Shown one piece after another: positions 35,886 through 45,011 of a stretch of 64,000 nucleotides of DNA. The notes beneath the pieces are model-generated. The model had not been told where the DNA came from. It saw only the letters and a program-made list of their open reading frames with translations, and ran no database searches. Made by a program: the position numbers and the translations under genes. Positions within the stretch are counted from its first letter, which is position 1. The number at the start of each line of letters is the position of its first letter. Source of the DNA: Armatimonadota bacterium (lineage in GTDB: Bacteria; Armatimonadota; Fimbriimonadia; Fimbriimonadales; GBS-DC); the NCBI GenBank assembly GCA_037442365.1, contig JBBIQK010000007.1, positions 1,284 to 65,283 on the forward strand. The letters are read 5' to 3'.

Positions 35886-36872
35886 ATGCGTCCGATTCGC
35901 TATTCGGCGCCGGGGCGCGCAGGGATTGTGGGCAACCCCAGCGATATGTATGGGGGCGCAGTTATCTCCACAGCAATCCCGCTGCGCGCGCGTTGCACGC
36001 TGGAGCCTGCCGCACGCCTGACCTTTCAGTCCTCCGAGCAGCTGCTTGCGCCCGACTCGCTGGCGCTCAAGGGCGATGCGTTCGATGTGTGTCGCGTCGC
36101 GTTGCAGGGGCTGGGCTTCACGGTTGCGGACGCGCCGTTCGCCCTGCGCATCGAGACGGACATTCCCGCGCAGTCGGGGCTGGCGGGGTCGTCCGCCCTG
36201 TTGACGGCGATTGTGGCGTGCCTGCTGCGCTATCGGGGCGAGTCGTGGAGCGCGCCGCACGCGCTGGCGGAGCGCGTGCGCCAGATCGAGGCGCAACTGC
36301 TGCAAGTCGCCTGCGGCTATCAGGATTTCTACATGGCGGTGTGGGGCGGGATTAACTTTATGGAGTTCCGCGACAAGGAGCGTCTGGGCGCCGACCCTGC
36401 GGAGCCGTGGGCGACGATGGAGCCGCTGGGGCGCTACCTGCGCGGCGCGATGCTCCCCCTGTGGCTCGCGACAACGGGCGGGCAGCGGTTTTCAGGCGCG
36501 GTGCATGCGAACCTGCGCGCGCGCTGGGAGGCGGGCGAGTCGCGCGTGGTGGACGGCATGCAGCGGCTCGGCAGGCTGGCGCGGGACGCCAAACGCGCCC
36601 TGATCGAGCAGGACTGGACGCGCCTGGCGCACCTGATGAACGAGAACTACGCGATTGTTCACGAGCTGGGCGGCAGCGGCGAGAGTCTTGATCAGCTGGT
36701 CGCCTGTGCGCGGGAGCATGGCGCGCTGGGCGCGAAGCTGGCGGGCGCAGGCGGCGCGGGCGGCACGGTGATTGTGCTAACTCTGATGCCCGAAAAGACG
36801 CTGCCCGCCCTGCGTGAACTCGCCGCGCAGGTCATCCCCGTCGCCCCCTGCGCGCCGGGGGTGATGGAGTAA
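35886..36872 (+). CDS. GHMP-family kinase (sugar/heptose-phosphate kinase-like)
   Basis: PAQSGLAGSSALLTAIVA (GHMP motif II) and C-terminal KLAGAGGAGG. Confidence 0.7.
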   Translation: MRPIRYSAPGRAGIVGNPSDMYGGAVISTAIPLRARCTLEPAARLTFQSSEQLLAPDSLALKGDAFDVCRVALQGLGFTVADAPFALRIETDIPAQSGLAGSSALLTAIVACLLRYRGESWSAPHALAERVRQIEAQLLQVACGYQDFYMAVWGGINFMEFRDKERLGADPAEPWATMEPLGRYLRGAMLPLWLATTGGQRFSGAVHANLRARWEAGESRVVDGMQRLGRLARDAKRALIEQDWTRLAHLMNENYAIVHELGGSGESLDQLVACAREHGALGAKLAGAGGAGGTVIVLTLMPEKTLPALRELAAQVIPVAPCAPGVME

Positions 36873-37047
36873 TACCAACTGCGCAGTCAAAGTTCGTTAA
36901 TTGCCTCGCACGCGCCTGCAGAGGCGTGCTGTTGTCCGCGTCCCGCGACTATGGAGTGCTGAAGCGCAGCTTCAGCATGCGCGGAAGCTCCGCTTCCGCA
37001 CTCCATAAACCGCCGTTTTGCGAACTATGACCGGCAGATTGGTATAA
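36870..37047. mobile_element. MITE-like element (172 bp) of the same TIR family, flanked by TAA direct repeats and carrying a nested 52-nt element
   Basis: TAA|TACCAACTGCGCAGTCAAAGTTCGTTAATTG ... CGAACTATGACCGGCAGATTGGTA|TAA. The left TAA is the stop codon of the GHMP kinase gene. Confidence 0.6.
36953..37004 (-). repeat. 52-nt double-hairpin element, copy B (variant loops)
   Basis: GGAGTGCTGAAGCgcaGCTTCAGCatgcgCGGAAGCtccGCTTCCGCACTCC. This is the reverse orientation of copy A; differences are confined to a loop and the linker. Confidence 0.85.
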
Positions 37048-37070
37048 GGGCGGGAGCAAGTCTCCCGCCC
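37048..37070 (-). terminator. hairpin downstream of the small-TM gene (terminator candidate with a weak T tract)
   Basis: GGGCGGGAG-caagt-CTCCCGCCC. Confidence 0.4.
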
Positions 37071-37079
37071 TCATCTCGA

Positions 37080-37301
37080 TTACCGTCGTCCGCCGGAGCC
37101 AATCGGCGGGGGCGACGCAGGTCCGGAGCCGGTATATTCGGGCACGCCCAGACTATCCAGCCCCTGCTGCGACGGGTCAGATTGCGGATAGACTGTCTCG
37201 GACGGCTCTGCGCCGCGCCGCATCGTGAACCAGAGCGACAGCCCCAGCGCGAGCAACGCGACCACAATAATCCCCAGAGCCACAGGTTTGGAGACTTGCA
37301 T
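37080..37301 (-). CDS. small single-pass membrane protein with Pro/Gly-rich tail
   Basis: MQVSKPVALGIIVVALLALGLSLW.., tail ending GSGGRR. GAGGTGG RBS. Start is 14 nt after the upstream stop codon. Confidence 0.6.
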   Translation of the reverse strand: MQVSKPVALGIIVVALLALGLSLWFTMRRGAEPSETVYPQSDPSQQGLDSLGVPEYTGSGPASPPPIGSGGRR

Positions 37302-37315
37302 AGCGGCTCACCACC

Positions 37316-38296
37316 TCAGATTGCCACACCGCCGTCGTCCAGATCCCACAGGTACTCATCGAGGTTGTTGATGAACCCGCCACACTGCGGACGCACATCA
37401 CAGCCCTGACCAAGCTGGGACGGCGTGTAGGTCTTGGCGTGCCCATCGGCAAACAGCACGGTCATGCGCTCGCGTCGGTGGAACGGCCACGCGCCGCCGA
37501 ACTCCATCCATGTGTACCAGCCCGTGGCGGTCTGCAGACGCCAGCAGGCAGGGCGCGCCAGACGCGCACAGGAGTTGCCCTGATAGTCGTACCATTGCCC
37601 TGCGCGCCCGCTGTCGCACTCCGCGCGTACAAGCGTGAAGGTGTCCATGGTGCGTCCCGCGGCGTCGCGGTAGTAGCGGCACGGCGGCATCACAATCCAG
37701 TTGCCGCCACAGAGCGGCTGGCGGGACGCCGGGTCGCGCCACCACAGGCTATCCACAAAGGCAATCGTGCGCGCGTGCTGCCCAATCCGGGCGTCCGTCG
37801 CGGGCGCGTTGTACCATCTCATATAGCCGCCGCTGCCCTGCGCGCGCTCCATAATCGGCGAGAGGTAGGCGTAGTTGTAGCCCAGATTCGTCTTGAGCGC
37901 CCAGCGATACTCGCGAATGCACTGCTGGGTGGGCGGCGACTCGCCGTCGGCAGGGCAGGCGTCCAGAATCGCGTCCGTCGCCTGCGGGTCCGACGGGCAG
38001 CGGAACATCTGCCAGTTCTTGACATACGGCATCAGGAGCTGCGCCAGAATCTTGTCGTTGCAGTTCTCCTGCCCGCCGAACGAGGCGAAATACTGGGTCA
38101 GCGGCTGGGTCGTGTCGAAGTCGCTGGTATACATCACCAGCGCACGCCCCACCTGATTGAAACGCGAGATGCAGTTCACCTGACGCGCCGACTCGCGCGC
38201 CTGGGCAAATACCGGGAACAAAATGCTCGCCAGTATCGCGATAATCGCGATGACCACCAACAATTCTATCAGCGTAAAACCACGATTGCGCATCAT
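37316..38296 (-). CDS. prepilin-type N-terminal cleavage/methylation domain, H-X9-DG-like protein
   Basis: [36 protein letters not shown]-terminus [27 protein letters not shown]. Confidence 0.85.
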   Translation of the reverse strand: MMRNRGFTLIELLVVIAIIAILASILFPVFAQARESARQVNCISRFNQVGRALVMYTSDFDTTQPLTQYFASFGGQENCNDKILAQLLMPYVKNWQMFRCPSDPQATDAILDACPADGESPPTQQCIREYRWALKTNLGYNYAYLSPIMERAQGSGGYMRWYNAPATDARIGQHARTIAFVDSLWWRDPASRQPLCGGNWIVMPPCRYYRDAAGRTMDTFTLVRAECDSGRAGQWYDYQGNSCARLARPACWRLQTATGWYTWMEFGGAWPFHRRERMTVLFADGHAKTYTPSQLGQGCDVRPQCGGFINNLDEYLWDLDDGGVAI

Positions 38297-38405
38297 ACAC
38301 CTCCTGATGAAGAAAAATACCCCCTGTTTGTTCAGATTCCTGCCAGTTAAGGAGTTTTTATCAGGGGAGGCGCAGGAATCGCCTCCCCTGACGCGGGTAG
38401 CAAGG

Positions 38406-39818
38406 TTAGTTGCAGGTCTCGTCGCCGTCCTCGCCCTGTGCGCCGAAGTTGAACAGCACAATCAGCAGGTCGGCGTCGTCCACCGTGCCGTCCTGATTCA
38501 GGTCAGCGACGGCAACCGCAGGGTCCTGACTGACATCGCCGCCGAAGGCAAAGAGGATTTCCAGCAGGTCGGCGTCATCCACCACCTGATCGGCGTTCGC
38601 GTCGCCGTTGGGCAGGCTAATCGCGCCCAGATCGACCGTGCCGCTGACATTCACATTCGGGATGCGCACGCCCAGCCAGTGGCGGTCGGGGGAAAGAGCA
38701 ACATCCACCACATTCAGGTCGGTCGGGCAGTTAATGAACAGGGTAATGCCGCTGTAGATGGGGCGCACCACCACATCGTATGTGCCCGCGGCAATCTCCG
38801 GGGTGTCGATGGTGAAGGAGCCTGTCGTCGCGGTAGGCATGCTGAATCGCGCCACACGCTGCTTCGTGCCCGGCAGGTAGAAGACGACCTCCACATTGGC
38901 GCCCGGCGCAGTGCCGCTCAGGTCTGCAAACGACGCCGTGCCCGTCACCTTGCCCGGCTGCGCCTGCGAGTTGCGGAAGCCCAGCACGCCGTTGTAAAGC
39001 GCGGGACCGTGATAATCCTTCCACTCCGTGCCCGTGTTCCAGGGCGCCGTGCCTGCGAAGGGGTCGTTCGCGCGGAACTCCAGCAGCGGGTTCAAAATGC
39101 GCCCCACAGGGAATCCCGTGATGTTATTGTAGCGGAACCGCTGCCACGAAGCAGGCGCCAGCACGCCGCCAGAACTCGCAGAACCCAGCCCACGCGGGGA
39201 GTAGTAGAGCTTCGGACCGCCCGGCGCGCCCATCGCCAGCGCCGTGTACGAGTCGAACGGACCTGCCGCTGCGATGTCCTCGTCGGCGACGATAATCGCG
39301 TAGTAAAGCCCCGAGCCCAGCGTGATGCTCTGGTTCAGCGGGGTCGTGCGCAGATAGGTGAAGGTCGTGGAGCCGCCGTAGTAGGTAAGAATCTGCACAT
39401 CGCCCGTCAGGGGCGGGTCGCCCGGATAGCCGCCAAAGTTGCCGAAATAGAGGATATTGCCCAGATTAGGCTCCGGGCGACCATCCGCGCCCGTTTGCGA
39501 GCCAGTAATCCAGATGTACAGGTTCGGGAAGCCTGTGGTCAAGCCGGGCATGTAGACAATCGAGTCGAAGGTCATCGGCGCGCAAATCTCGAACGGGAGC
39601 GCCGTCCAGCGTGCGGGTAGACTACTGCCGGTCAAATCGCCCGAGATGAAGAACAGGTAATTGGCGGTCAGTGTAGGAGCGCTACAATCACCGCCGACGG
39701 TGAACCAGGCGTTCGCAGGGCTGCCTGCGAAGTAGACGAACGGGTCCTGCGCGACCGCGGGTCGCGTCGCAAACGCCACGCACATCAAAGCCCCAACTGC
39801 ATATCGGTAGTATCGCAT
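38406..39818 (-). CDS. secreted hypothetical protein with two C-terminal dockerin-like repeats
   Basis: Signal peptide [24 protein letters not shown]-terminus [21 protein letters not shown] .. [30 protein letters not shown]. Confidence 0.65.
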   Translation of the reverse strand: MRYYRYAVGALMCVAFATRPAVAQDPFVYFAGSPANAWFTVGGDCSAPTLTANYLFFISGDLTGSSLPARWTALPFEICAPMTFDSIVYMPGLTTGFPNLYIWITGSQTGADGRPEPNLGNILYFGNFGGYPGDPPLTGDVQILTYYGGSTTFTYLRTTPLNQSITLGSGLYYAIIVADEDIAAAGPFDSYTALAMGAPGGPKLYYSPRGLGSASSGGVLAPASWQRFRYNNITGFPVGRILNPLLEFRANDPFAGTAPWNTGTEWKDYHGPALYNGVLGFRNSQAQPGKVTGTASFADLSGTAPGANVEVVFYLPGTKQRVARFSMPTATTGSFTIDTPEIAAGTYDVVVRPIYSGITLFINCPTDLNVVDVALSPDRHWLGVRIPNVNVSGTVDLGAISLPNGDANADQVVDDADLLEILFAFGGDVSQDPAVAVADLNQDGTVDDADLLIVLFNFGAQGEDGDETCN

Positions 39819-39896
39819 AGGAACCTCCTTTACAACCCTAATTATACCATGCTTTTGTGCCGTTTCCTGCCGCGCGCGTTCGGTGGGCGCGGTATT

Positions 39897-40056
39897 TAAG
39901 TGCCTTTGCAATGAATTTTCAGCGACTCGCCTGTCCGCGCATGCGCGTAATTTGGAGTGCTGAAGCGGGAGCTTCAGCCTCGCGGAAGCTCCGCTTCCGC
40001 ACTCCATAAAGGCGATGCTGTACGCGCATGTCGCAATTCTCGCGCAAAGACACTTA
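39897..40056. repeat. ~160-bp imperfect palindrome centred on a 52-nt element
   Basis: TAAGTGcCTTTGC..GAATT..GCGAC..GCGCATGCGCGTA [copy C] TACGCGCATG..GTCGC..AATTC..GCaAAGaCACTTA. Confidence 0.6.
39954..40005 (-). repeat. 52-nt double-hairpin element, copy C
   Basis: Exact reverse complement of copy A (52/52). Confidence 0.9.
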
Positions 40057-41109
40057 GAGCGGTTTCGGCGCGGTTTCGGGCGCAATCGCCGTTTCGCTGG
40101 CGGCGCGGTGGCGCTCGATGCGCGCAATCAGCCCCCAGTCGGTGCGGAGCCAGTAGTCGCCGTAGGGCACGGCAAACGCAGGCAGGCGCGCCTCGCGCAT
40201 GCGACTCTGTGCGGCATGCGCCGCCCCTGCCGCGTCTGGCTCCAGCGAGTGGTCGCTCTCCACACGACTGCCGTCGGGATTGTGCGATTCGGGACGCAAC
40301 GACAGCTCGATGCTCGGTTCAGGCAGGCGCACCTCGCGCAGGGCGTAGGCGCGCAGCGTGCGCGTCTGCAAATCGAGCGCGAGGAACGGTCGCTCCGCGC
40401 TCGGCTCGTAGCCCTGCTCAATCACCACCTGCCCGCCCTGCAGCCAGTGCGGAAGCGCGAACGCCGCCAGCTCGGTCAGCACAAAGCGCGGGTGATACTG
40501 CGCGCCTACCAGCGCGACGCGCCAGCGCTTGTCTGCGTCCAGCCGACTGCGCAGACGCAGTTCGTAGACCTGATCGGGGATGAGGAACGCCAGCATCTGC
40601 AGCCCCGCGTGCATGACGATGTGCGCCAGCGCGCCCAGCGTCTCCAGAATCTGTTGCCCGCGCACGGGTTCAGGCGGCAAACACTCCTGCCACGTCATGC
40701 GCTCCAGATAGACCCTGCCGCCGCGCCGCTGGTACAGATACGCCTCGGCGGGCGTCAGCACCAGCGCGACATGCGCCGCGCGCCAGGTCAGCCACAGGTG
40801 ATAGCCCATCACCAGCAGCGCCACTGCGACCAGCGCGCCCAGCCCCACCTGCGCCCAGCCCGGCAGGTCGCCCAGACGATGCAACCGCTCCGACTCCTGC
40901 CAGAACAGCCAGCCCAAGAACGGCAAGGCAATCAACAGGCGCCAGCCGAGATTGCGCAGCAGTTGCCGCCCACTCAGCGGACCCATGCGCGCGCCAACGC
41001 CCTCGAACGGGTCGTTTTTGCACCGCGCGCATTGCTCCTGCAACGGGTCGCACCCCGCCCCACACACCGCGCAGCCGACCTGCGCCACGACATACCCTGC
41101 GCCGTTCAC
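40054..41109 (-). CDS. hypothetical membrane protein: N-terminal CxxC..CxxC zinc ribbon, two TM helices, soluble C-domain
   Basis: Only this 3' third of the 768-aa ORF does not overlap sucC. GCAVCGAGCD..CARCKND and two hydrophobic helices. The GTG 41109 start is inferred from a GGTACACT box 8 nt upstream. Confidence 0.45.
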   Translation of the reverse strand: MNGAGYVVAQVGCAVCGAGCDPLQEQCARCKNDPFEGVGARMGPLSGRQLLRNLGWRLLIALPFLGWLFWQESERLHRLGDLPGWAQVGLGALVAVALLVMGYHLWLTWRAAHVALVLTPAEAYLYQRRGGRVYLERMTWQECLPPEPVRGQQILETLGALAHIVMHAGLQMLAFLIPDQVYELRLRSRLDADKRWRVALVGAQYHPRFVLTELAAFALPHWLQGGQVVIEQGYEPSAERPFLALDLQTRTLRAYALREVRLPEPSIELSLRPESHNPDGSRVESDHSLEPDAAGAAHAAQSRMREARLPAFAVPYGDYWLRTDWGLIARIERHRAASETAIAPETAPKPL

Positions 41110-41117
41110 CGCCCGAA

Positions 41118-41141
41118 AGTGTACCCCGCGCGGGGTATACT
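41118..41141. promoter_or_regulatory. back-to-back -10 boxes (GGTACACT leftward, GGTATACT rightward) forming a 16-nt perfect palindrome
   Basis: TACCCCGCGCGGGGTA at 41122-41137. The sucC AGGAG RBS is at 41153-41157. Confidence 0.45.
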
Positions 41142-41163
41142 TGTAGCCCGACAGGAGCCGACG

Positions 41164-42318
41164 ATGAAACTGCACGAGTACCAGGCGAAACAGATTCTGA
41201 GCGATTTTGGCGTTCCGACGCCGCAAGGAGAGGTTGCCAGCACGCCCGCAGGGGCAAAAGCCGTCGCCGAGCGATTGGGCAAGCCTGTCGTGGTCAAAGC
41301 GCAGGTGCTGATGGGCGGACGCGGCAAAGCGGGCGGCATCAAGCTCGCCAGAACCCCCGACGAGGCGTTTCAAGCCGCTCAGGACATCCTCGGCAAGCGG
41401 CTCTTCTCGCCCCAGAACCCGCAGGGACTGGTCGCCGAGATGGTGCTGGTCGAGGAGGCGATTGAAATTGCGCGCGAATACTATATCGGAATCACCATCG
41501 ACCGTGCGCTTCAGCGCAATGTGCTGATGGTGAGCATGCAGGGCGGGATGGACATCGAGGAGGTCGCGGCGCAGAACCCTGAAGCCATCGCGACCGTCGC
41601 GATTGACCCGCTGCTGGGGCTGACCGACTACGCGGCGCGCGAGGCGCTGTATGGCGCGGGCATCCCGCAGGAGCAAATCCGCCCGATGAGCGCGTTGCTG
41701 CAGGGGCTGTACCGCGCCTACATCGCCGTCGACGGCAACCTCGCGGAGATTAACCCCTGCGCGGTGCTTGCCGACGGGCGCATCATCGCCGCCGACGCGA
41801 AAATCACCCTCGACGAGAACGCGCTGTTTCGGCAGAAGCGGCTGGCGGAGCTGCACGATGAGAGCCTCGAAGACCCCATCGAGGCGGAGGCGAGCCGTCG
41901 CGGGATTGCCTATGTGCGGCTGGGCGGCGACATCGGCGTGATTGGCAACGGCGCGGGGCTGGTGATGTGTACCGTCGACGAGGTGGCGCGTGCGGGCGGA
42001 CGCGCGGCGAACTTTCTGGATATCGGCGGCGGCGCGAAAGCCGACCGCGTGCGTCAAGCCGTTGAACTCGTGCTGATGGACCCGAATGTGAAGGGGCTGC
42101 TGTTCAACATCTTCGGCGGCATCACGCGCGGGGACGAGGTGGCGCGCGGGATGCTGGAAGCGTTCGAGACGCTGGAAGTGAACATTCCCGTCGTGGTGCG
42201 TCTGGCGGGCACGCACGCCGAAGAGGGGCGCGCGCTGCTGCAGGGCACGCCGCTCATCCCCGCCGAAACCATGCAGGAGGCGGCGCGCCTGATTGTCGAA
42301 CGCGCGCGTGGGGTATAA
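41164..42318 (+). CDS. sucC: succinate--CoA ligase (ADP-forming) beta subunit
   Basis: MKLHEYQAKQILSDFGVPTP, VVKAQVLMGGRGKAGGIK and NIFGGITRGDEVA. Confidence 0.92.
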   Translation: MKLHEYQAKQILSDFGVPTPQGEVASTPAGAKAVAERLGKPVVVKAQVLMGGRGKAGGIKLARTPDEAFQAAQDILGKRLFSPQNPQGLVAEMVLVEEAIEIAREYYIGITIDRALQRNVLMVSMQGGMDIEEVAAQNPEAIATVAIDPLLGLTDYAAREALYGAGIPQEQIRPMSALLQGLYRAYIAVDGNLAEINPCAVLADGRIIAADAKITLDENALFRQKRLAELHDESLEDPIEAEASRRGIAYVRLGGDIGVIGNGAGLVMCTVDEVARAGGRAANFLDIGGGAKADRVRQAVELVLMDPNVKGLLFNIFGGITRGDEVARGMLEAFETLEVNIPVVVRLAGTHAEEGRALLQGTPLIPAETMQEAARLIVERARGV

Positions 42319-42319
42319 T
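42314..42319 (+). promoter_or_regulatory. -10 box (GGTATAAT) overlapping the sucC stop, 7 nt upstream of GTG 42327
   Basis: Sequence ggGGTATAATccgagccGTG. Confidence 0.35.
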
Positions 42320-42326
42320 CCGAGCC

Positions 42327-43040
42327 GTGCGCTTCTGGCGACCGCGCAGTGCAGGCGCACGCCTGCCGATACGGAATAAGCATCTGGCGGCGCAAGCCCT
42401 CACCCATCGCTCACATACCGAAGGCGAACTACTCGCCAGCAACGAACGGCTGGAACTGCTGGGCGATGCGGTGCTGGGCTTGATTGTCGCCGAGTACCTG
42501 TACCAGCACTATCCGCACTGGGATCAGGGACAACTCTCCAAAGCGCGGGCAAGCATCGTGCGGGCGAGCGTGTTGTGCGAGGCTGCCCGACGCGCAGGCT
42601 TGCCCCAGATGTTGCGGCTCAGCCCTGCGGAAGAGGCGTCGGGCGGGCGCGAACGCCCCTCCATCCTCAGCGACGCCTTCGAAGCCGTGCTGGGCGCCAT
42701 CTATCTCGATTCAGGCTACCGCACCGCGCGCAACTACGCCCTGCGCCACCTCAAGCCCGAACTGGACGCCCTGCACGCGGGCGAGATGCCCGTACAGGAC
42801 TTCAAATCGCAACTGCAGGAGCGCACCCAGGCATGGTGGCGCATCACCCCGACCTACGAGGTGATCGACGAGTCGGGCACGCCGCACAACAAAACCTTCG
42901 TCGTGCAGGTCAAACTGCGCGACATCGTGGCAGGGCAGGGCGTCGGCTCCAGCAAGAAACAGGCGGAGCAGAACGCCGCCGCCCAGGCGATGCAGTTCAC
43001 TGAACACAACAGGAGGCGTTTAGATGAAACCTTCAGCTGA
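42327..43040 (+). CDS. rnc: ribonuclease III
   Basis: ALTHRSH, ERLELLGDAVLGLIVAEYLY signature, and a C-terminal dsRBD (GVGSSKKQAEQNAAAQA). Confidence 0.9.
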   Translation: MRFWRPRSAGARLPIRNKHLAAQALTHRSHTEGELLASNERLELLGDAVLGLIVAEYLYQHYPHWDQGQLSKARASIVRASVLCEAARRAGLPQMLRLSPAEEASGGRERPSILSDAFEAVLGAIYLDSGYRTARNYALRHLKPELDALHAGEMPVQDFKSQLQERTQAWWRITPTYEVIDESGTPHNKTFVVQVKLRDIVAGQGVGSSKKQAEQNAAAQAMQFTEHNRRRLDETFS

Positions 43041-43830
43041 GATTGGCGTTTTCGGAGGCTCTGGCTTTTACTCGTTTCTGGACAAAGTGGAGGAAGTGAA
43101 GATCGACACGCCCTACGGCGCGCCCAGCGACACGGTCTCCATCGGCGAGGTCAACGGGCGGCGCGTGGCGTTCCTCCCTCGACACGGACGCAAGCACACC
43201 ATCCCCCCGCACAAAATCAACTACCGCGCGAATCTGTGGGCGATGAAGGAGCTGGGTGTGCAGGCGGTCATCAGCCCCTGCGCCGCGGGCAGTCTGCAGC
43301 GGCATGTCAAACCCGGCGACTTCGTGGTGGCAGACCAGTATGTGGACCGCACGCACGGACGCGCCGACACCTTCTACGAGGGTCCGACGGTACACCATGT
43401 CTCGCCCGCCGACCCCTACTGCCCCGTGCTGCGCCAGATTGCGATTGAGGAGATCCGCGCGCACGGCATCCCCGTCCACGAGCGCGGCACAATCGTGGTC
43501 ATCAACGGTCCCCGCTTCTCCACCAAAGCCGAGAGCCGATGGTTCACCTCGATGGGCTGGGAAGTGATTAACATGACGCAGTACCCCGAAGCGTACCTCG
43601 CGCTGGAGCTGGCGATTCCGGTGGTGAACATCTCGCTGATTACCGACTACGACAGTGGGCTGGTGGCGGAGGGCGAGGTGAAGCCCGTCACGGCGGAAGA
43701 GGTGATGCATGTGTTCCACCAGAACGCCGAGCGCATCCGCAAGGTGATTTTCGGGATGATTGCGAAAATCCCGCCGAACTTTGAAAGCCCCATCCGCCAT
43801 GCGCTGGACTACGCGAAGGTGACGGTGTAG
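43024..43830 (+). CDS. mtnP: S-methyl-5'-thioadenosine phosphorylase
   Basis: IGVFGGSGFY, FLPRHGRKHTIPPHKINYRANLWAMKELGV and MTQYPEA. Overlaps the rnc end by 17 nt. Confidence 0.88.
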   Translation: MKPSAEIGVFGGSGFYSFLDKVEEVKIDTPYGAPSDTVSIGEVNGRRVAFLPRHGRKHTIPPHKINYRANLWAMKELGVQAVISPCAAGSLQRHVKPGDFVVADQYVDRTHGRADTFYEGPTVHHVSPADPYCPVLRQIAIEEIRAHGIPVHERGTIVVINGPRFSTKAESRWFTSMGWEVINMTQYPEAYLALELAIPVVNISLITDYDSGLVAEGEVKPVTAEEVMHVFHQNAERIRKVIFGMIAKIPPNFESPIRHALDYAKVTV

Positions 43831-43846
43831 CGGGGCGGGGCGCAGT

Positions 43847-44797
43847 CTACTCAAAGAGCGACGGCGTCAGAGTGTGCAGCCGCTGGCGTGCAATCTCAGC
43901 ATATTCGGGATTAATCTCGATGCCGATGTAGTGGCGTTTCAGCGTGCGCGCGGCGAGCGCGGTTGTCCCGCTGCCGAGAAATGGGTCCAGCACCACCGCG
44001 CCTTCGGGAACGGTGAGTCGGATCAGGTACTCGCACAGCGCCAGCGGCTTGACCGTCTGATGCTGATTGAACGCGCCACGCTCCTCAACGCTCGGCTTGG
44101 GGATCAGGAAATATTTGTCCAGCGTTTCCTCAACGCCCTCCACCAGCAGCACATTTGCAGGAAACATGTTCTGTCCGATACGCACTTCCGTGTTGAACAG
44201 CCCTGTTCCATGGAGGAGCATGTTTTCGAGGAAAGTGCCGTCGCATGGCTTCTGGGCAACGATGATGGGTTCGTAGCACGACTTCACCTGAGGCGTTTTC
44301 CAGCCCCGAAGGCGCTCTTTGAGTTGCTGTCGGGCAGGTTCGTCCAGCGGCATCCGTTCGATGAAGTGCGACACACCCATCGCTTTAGGCTGATTCTGCG
44401 TGTAGAGCCAGAGGAAACAGTCGCGAATGTGAAAGCCCGCGTCCTCCACAGCGCACGCCATGCGATGTAGCAGGCGCGGGCTGGAGAACGAGAAGAAGAA
44501 GCCCCCAGGCTTCAGGATGCGGAACAGCTCCCGCGAGATGTCCAGATACCACTCATACATGCGCCGCCCCTGATTGGGATCGAACTTCATTCCGGGCGGC
44601 AGGTGGAACACAGTCTGGCTTTTGTAGAAGCGTCGAGCCGCGCGCTCAGGCGTCCACTCATTGTCCAGCTTGTCCAGAAAGTAGGGCGGATCGGTCAGCA
44701 CGAGATCGACCGTATCGGAAGGCAACTGGGGCAGCACCTCCAGCGCGTCCGCACAGATGATTCGATCCAGCCATTCACTGATCGCGTTTGCTTGCAC
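43847..44797 (-). CDS. beta-class DNA methyltransferase (N6-adenine or N4-cytosine)
   Basis: Motif IV LVLTDPPYFLD, motif I VLDPFLGSGTTALAA. Start placed at GTG 44797 behind GGGAGG; the ORF is open to 44863. Confidence 0.8.
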   Translation of the reverse strand: MQANAISEWLDRIICADALEVLPQLPSDTVDLVLTDPPYFLDKLDNEWTPERAARRFYKSQTVFHLPPGMKFDPNQGRRMYEWYLDISRELFRILKPGGFFFSFSSPRLLHRMACAVEDAGFHIRDCFLWLYTQNQPKAMGVSHFIERMPLDEPARQQLKERLRGWKTPQVKSCYEPIIVAQKPCDGTFLENMLLHGTGLFNTEVRIGQNMFPANVLLVEGVEETLDKYFLIPKPSVEERGAFNQHQTVKPLALCEYLIRLTVPEGAVVLDPFLGSGTTALAARTLKRHYIGIEINPEYAEIARQRLHTLTPSLFE

Positions 44798-45011
44798 GAC
44801 GCCGCCTCCCTCGCTGCTGACGCTTGCTGAGGTATTCGTAGAGAGATTGTACCTCCTGCTCACTCAGATATCCCTTCTCTATAGAGCGCTGGATGGGCTT
44901 GACTGAAGCCACGCCCACCACGCGCCCTCGCGCATCATAGACCCAGTAGTTCCTGTCCGCGCGATTGCAGAATTGACACTGCGGTATGGTGTTTCCCTCG
45001 GTCAGGGGAAG
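44775..45011 (-). pseudogene. possible remnant of an HNH-type endonuclease gene (open frame of 78 codons with no ATG)
   Basis: Translation ..EGNTIPQCQFCNRADRNYWVYDARGRVVGV.. resembles the distal N-x3-C-x2-C-N part of an HNH motif. It is bounded upstream by TAG and TGA stops and ends overlapping the methyltransferase start. Confidence 0.25.

Noticed and set aside
35755-40005. Repeated 52-nt units considered as a possible CRISPR array.
   Set aside because: The copies are kilobases apart and in both orientations, with no regular spacers and no cas genes. They behave as dispersed REP/MITE-like repeats.
40054-42360. A 768-aa minus-strand ORF read as a single protein.
   Set aside because: Its 5' two thirds are the antisense shadow of sucC. 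Only the 3' third (40054 to about 41109), which does not overlap sucC and has a zinc ribbon and TM helices, is plausible.
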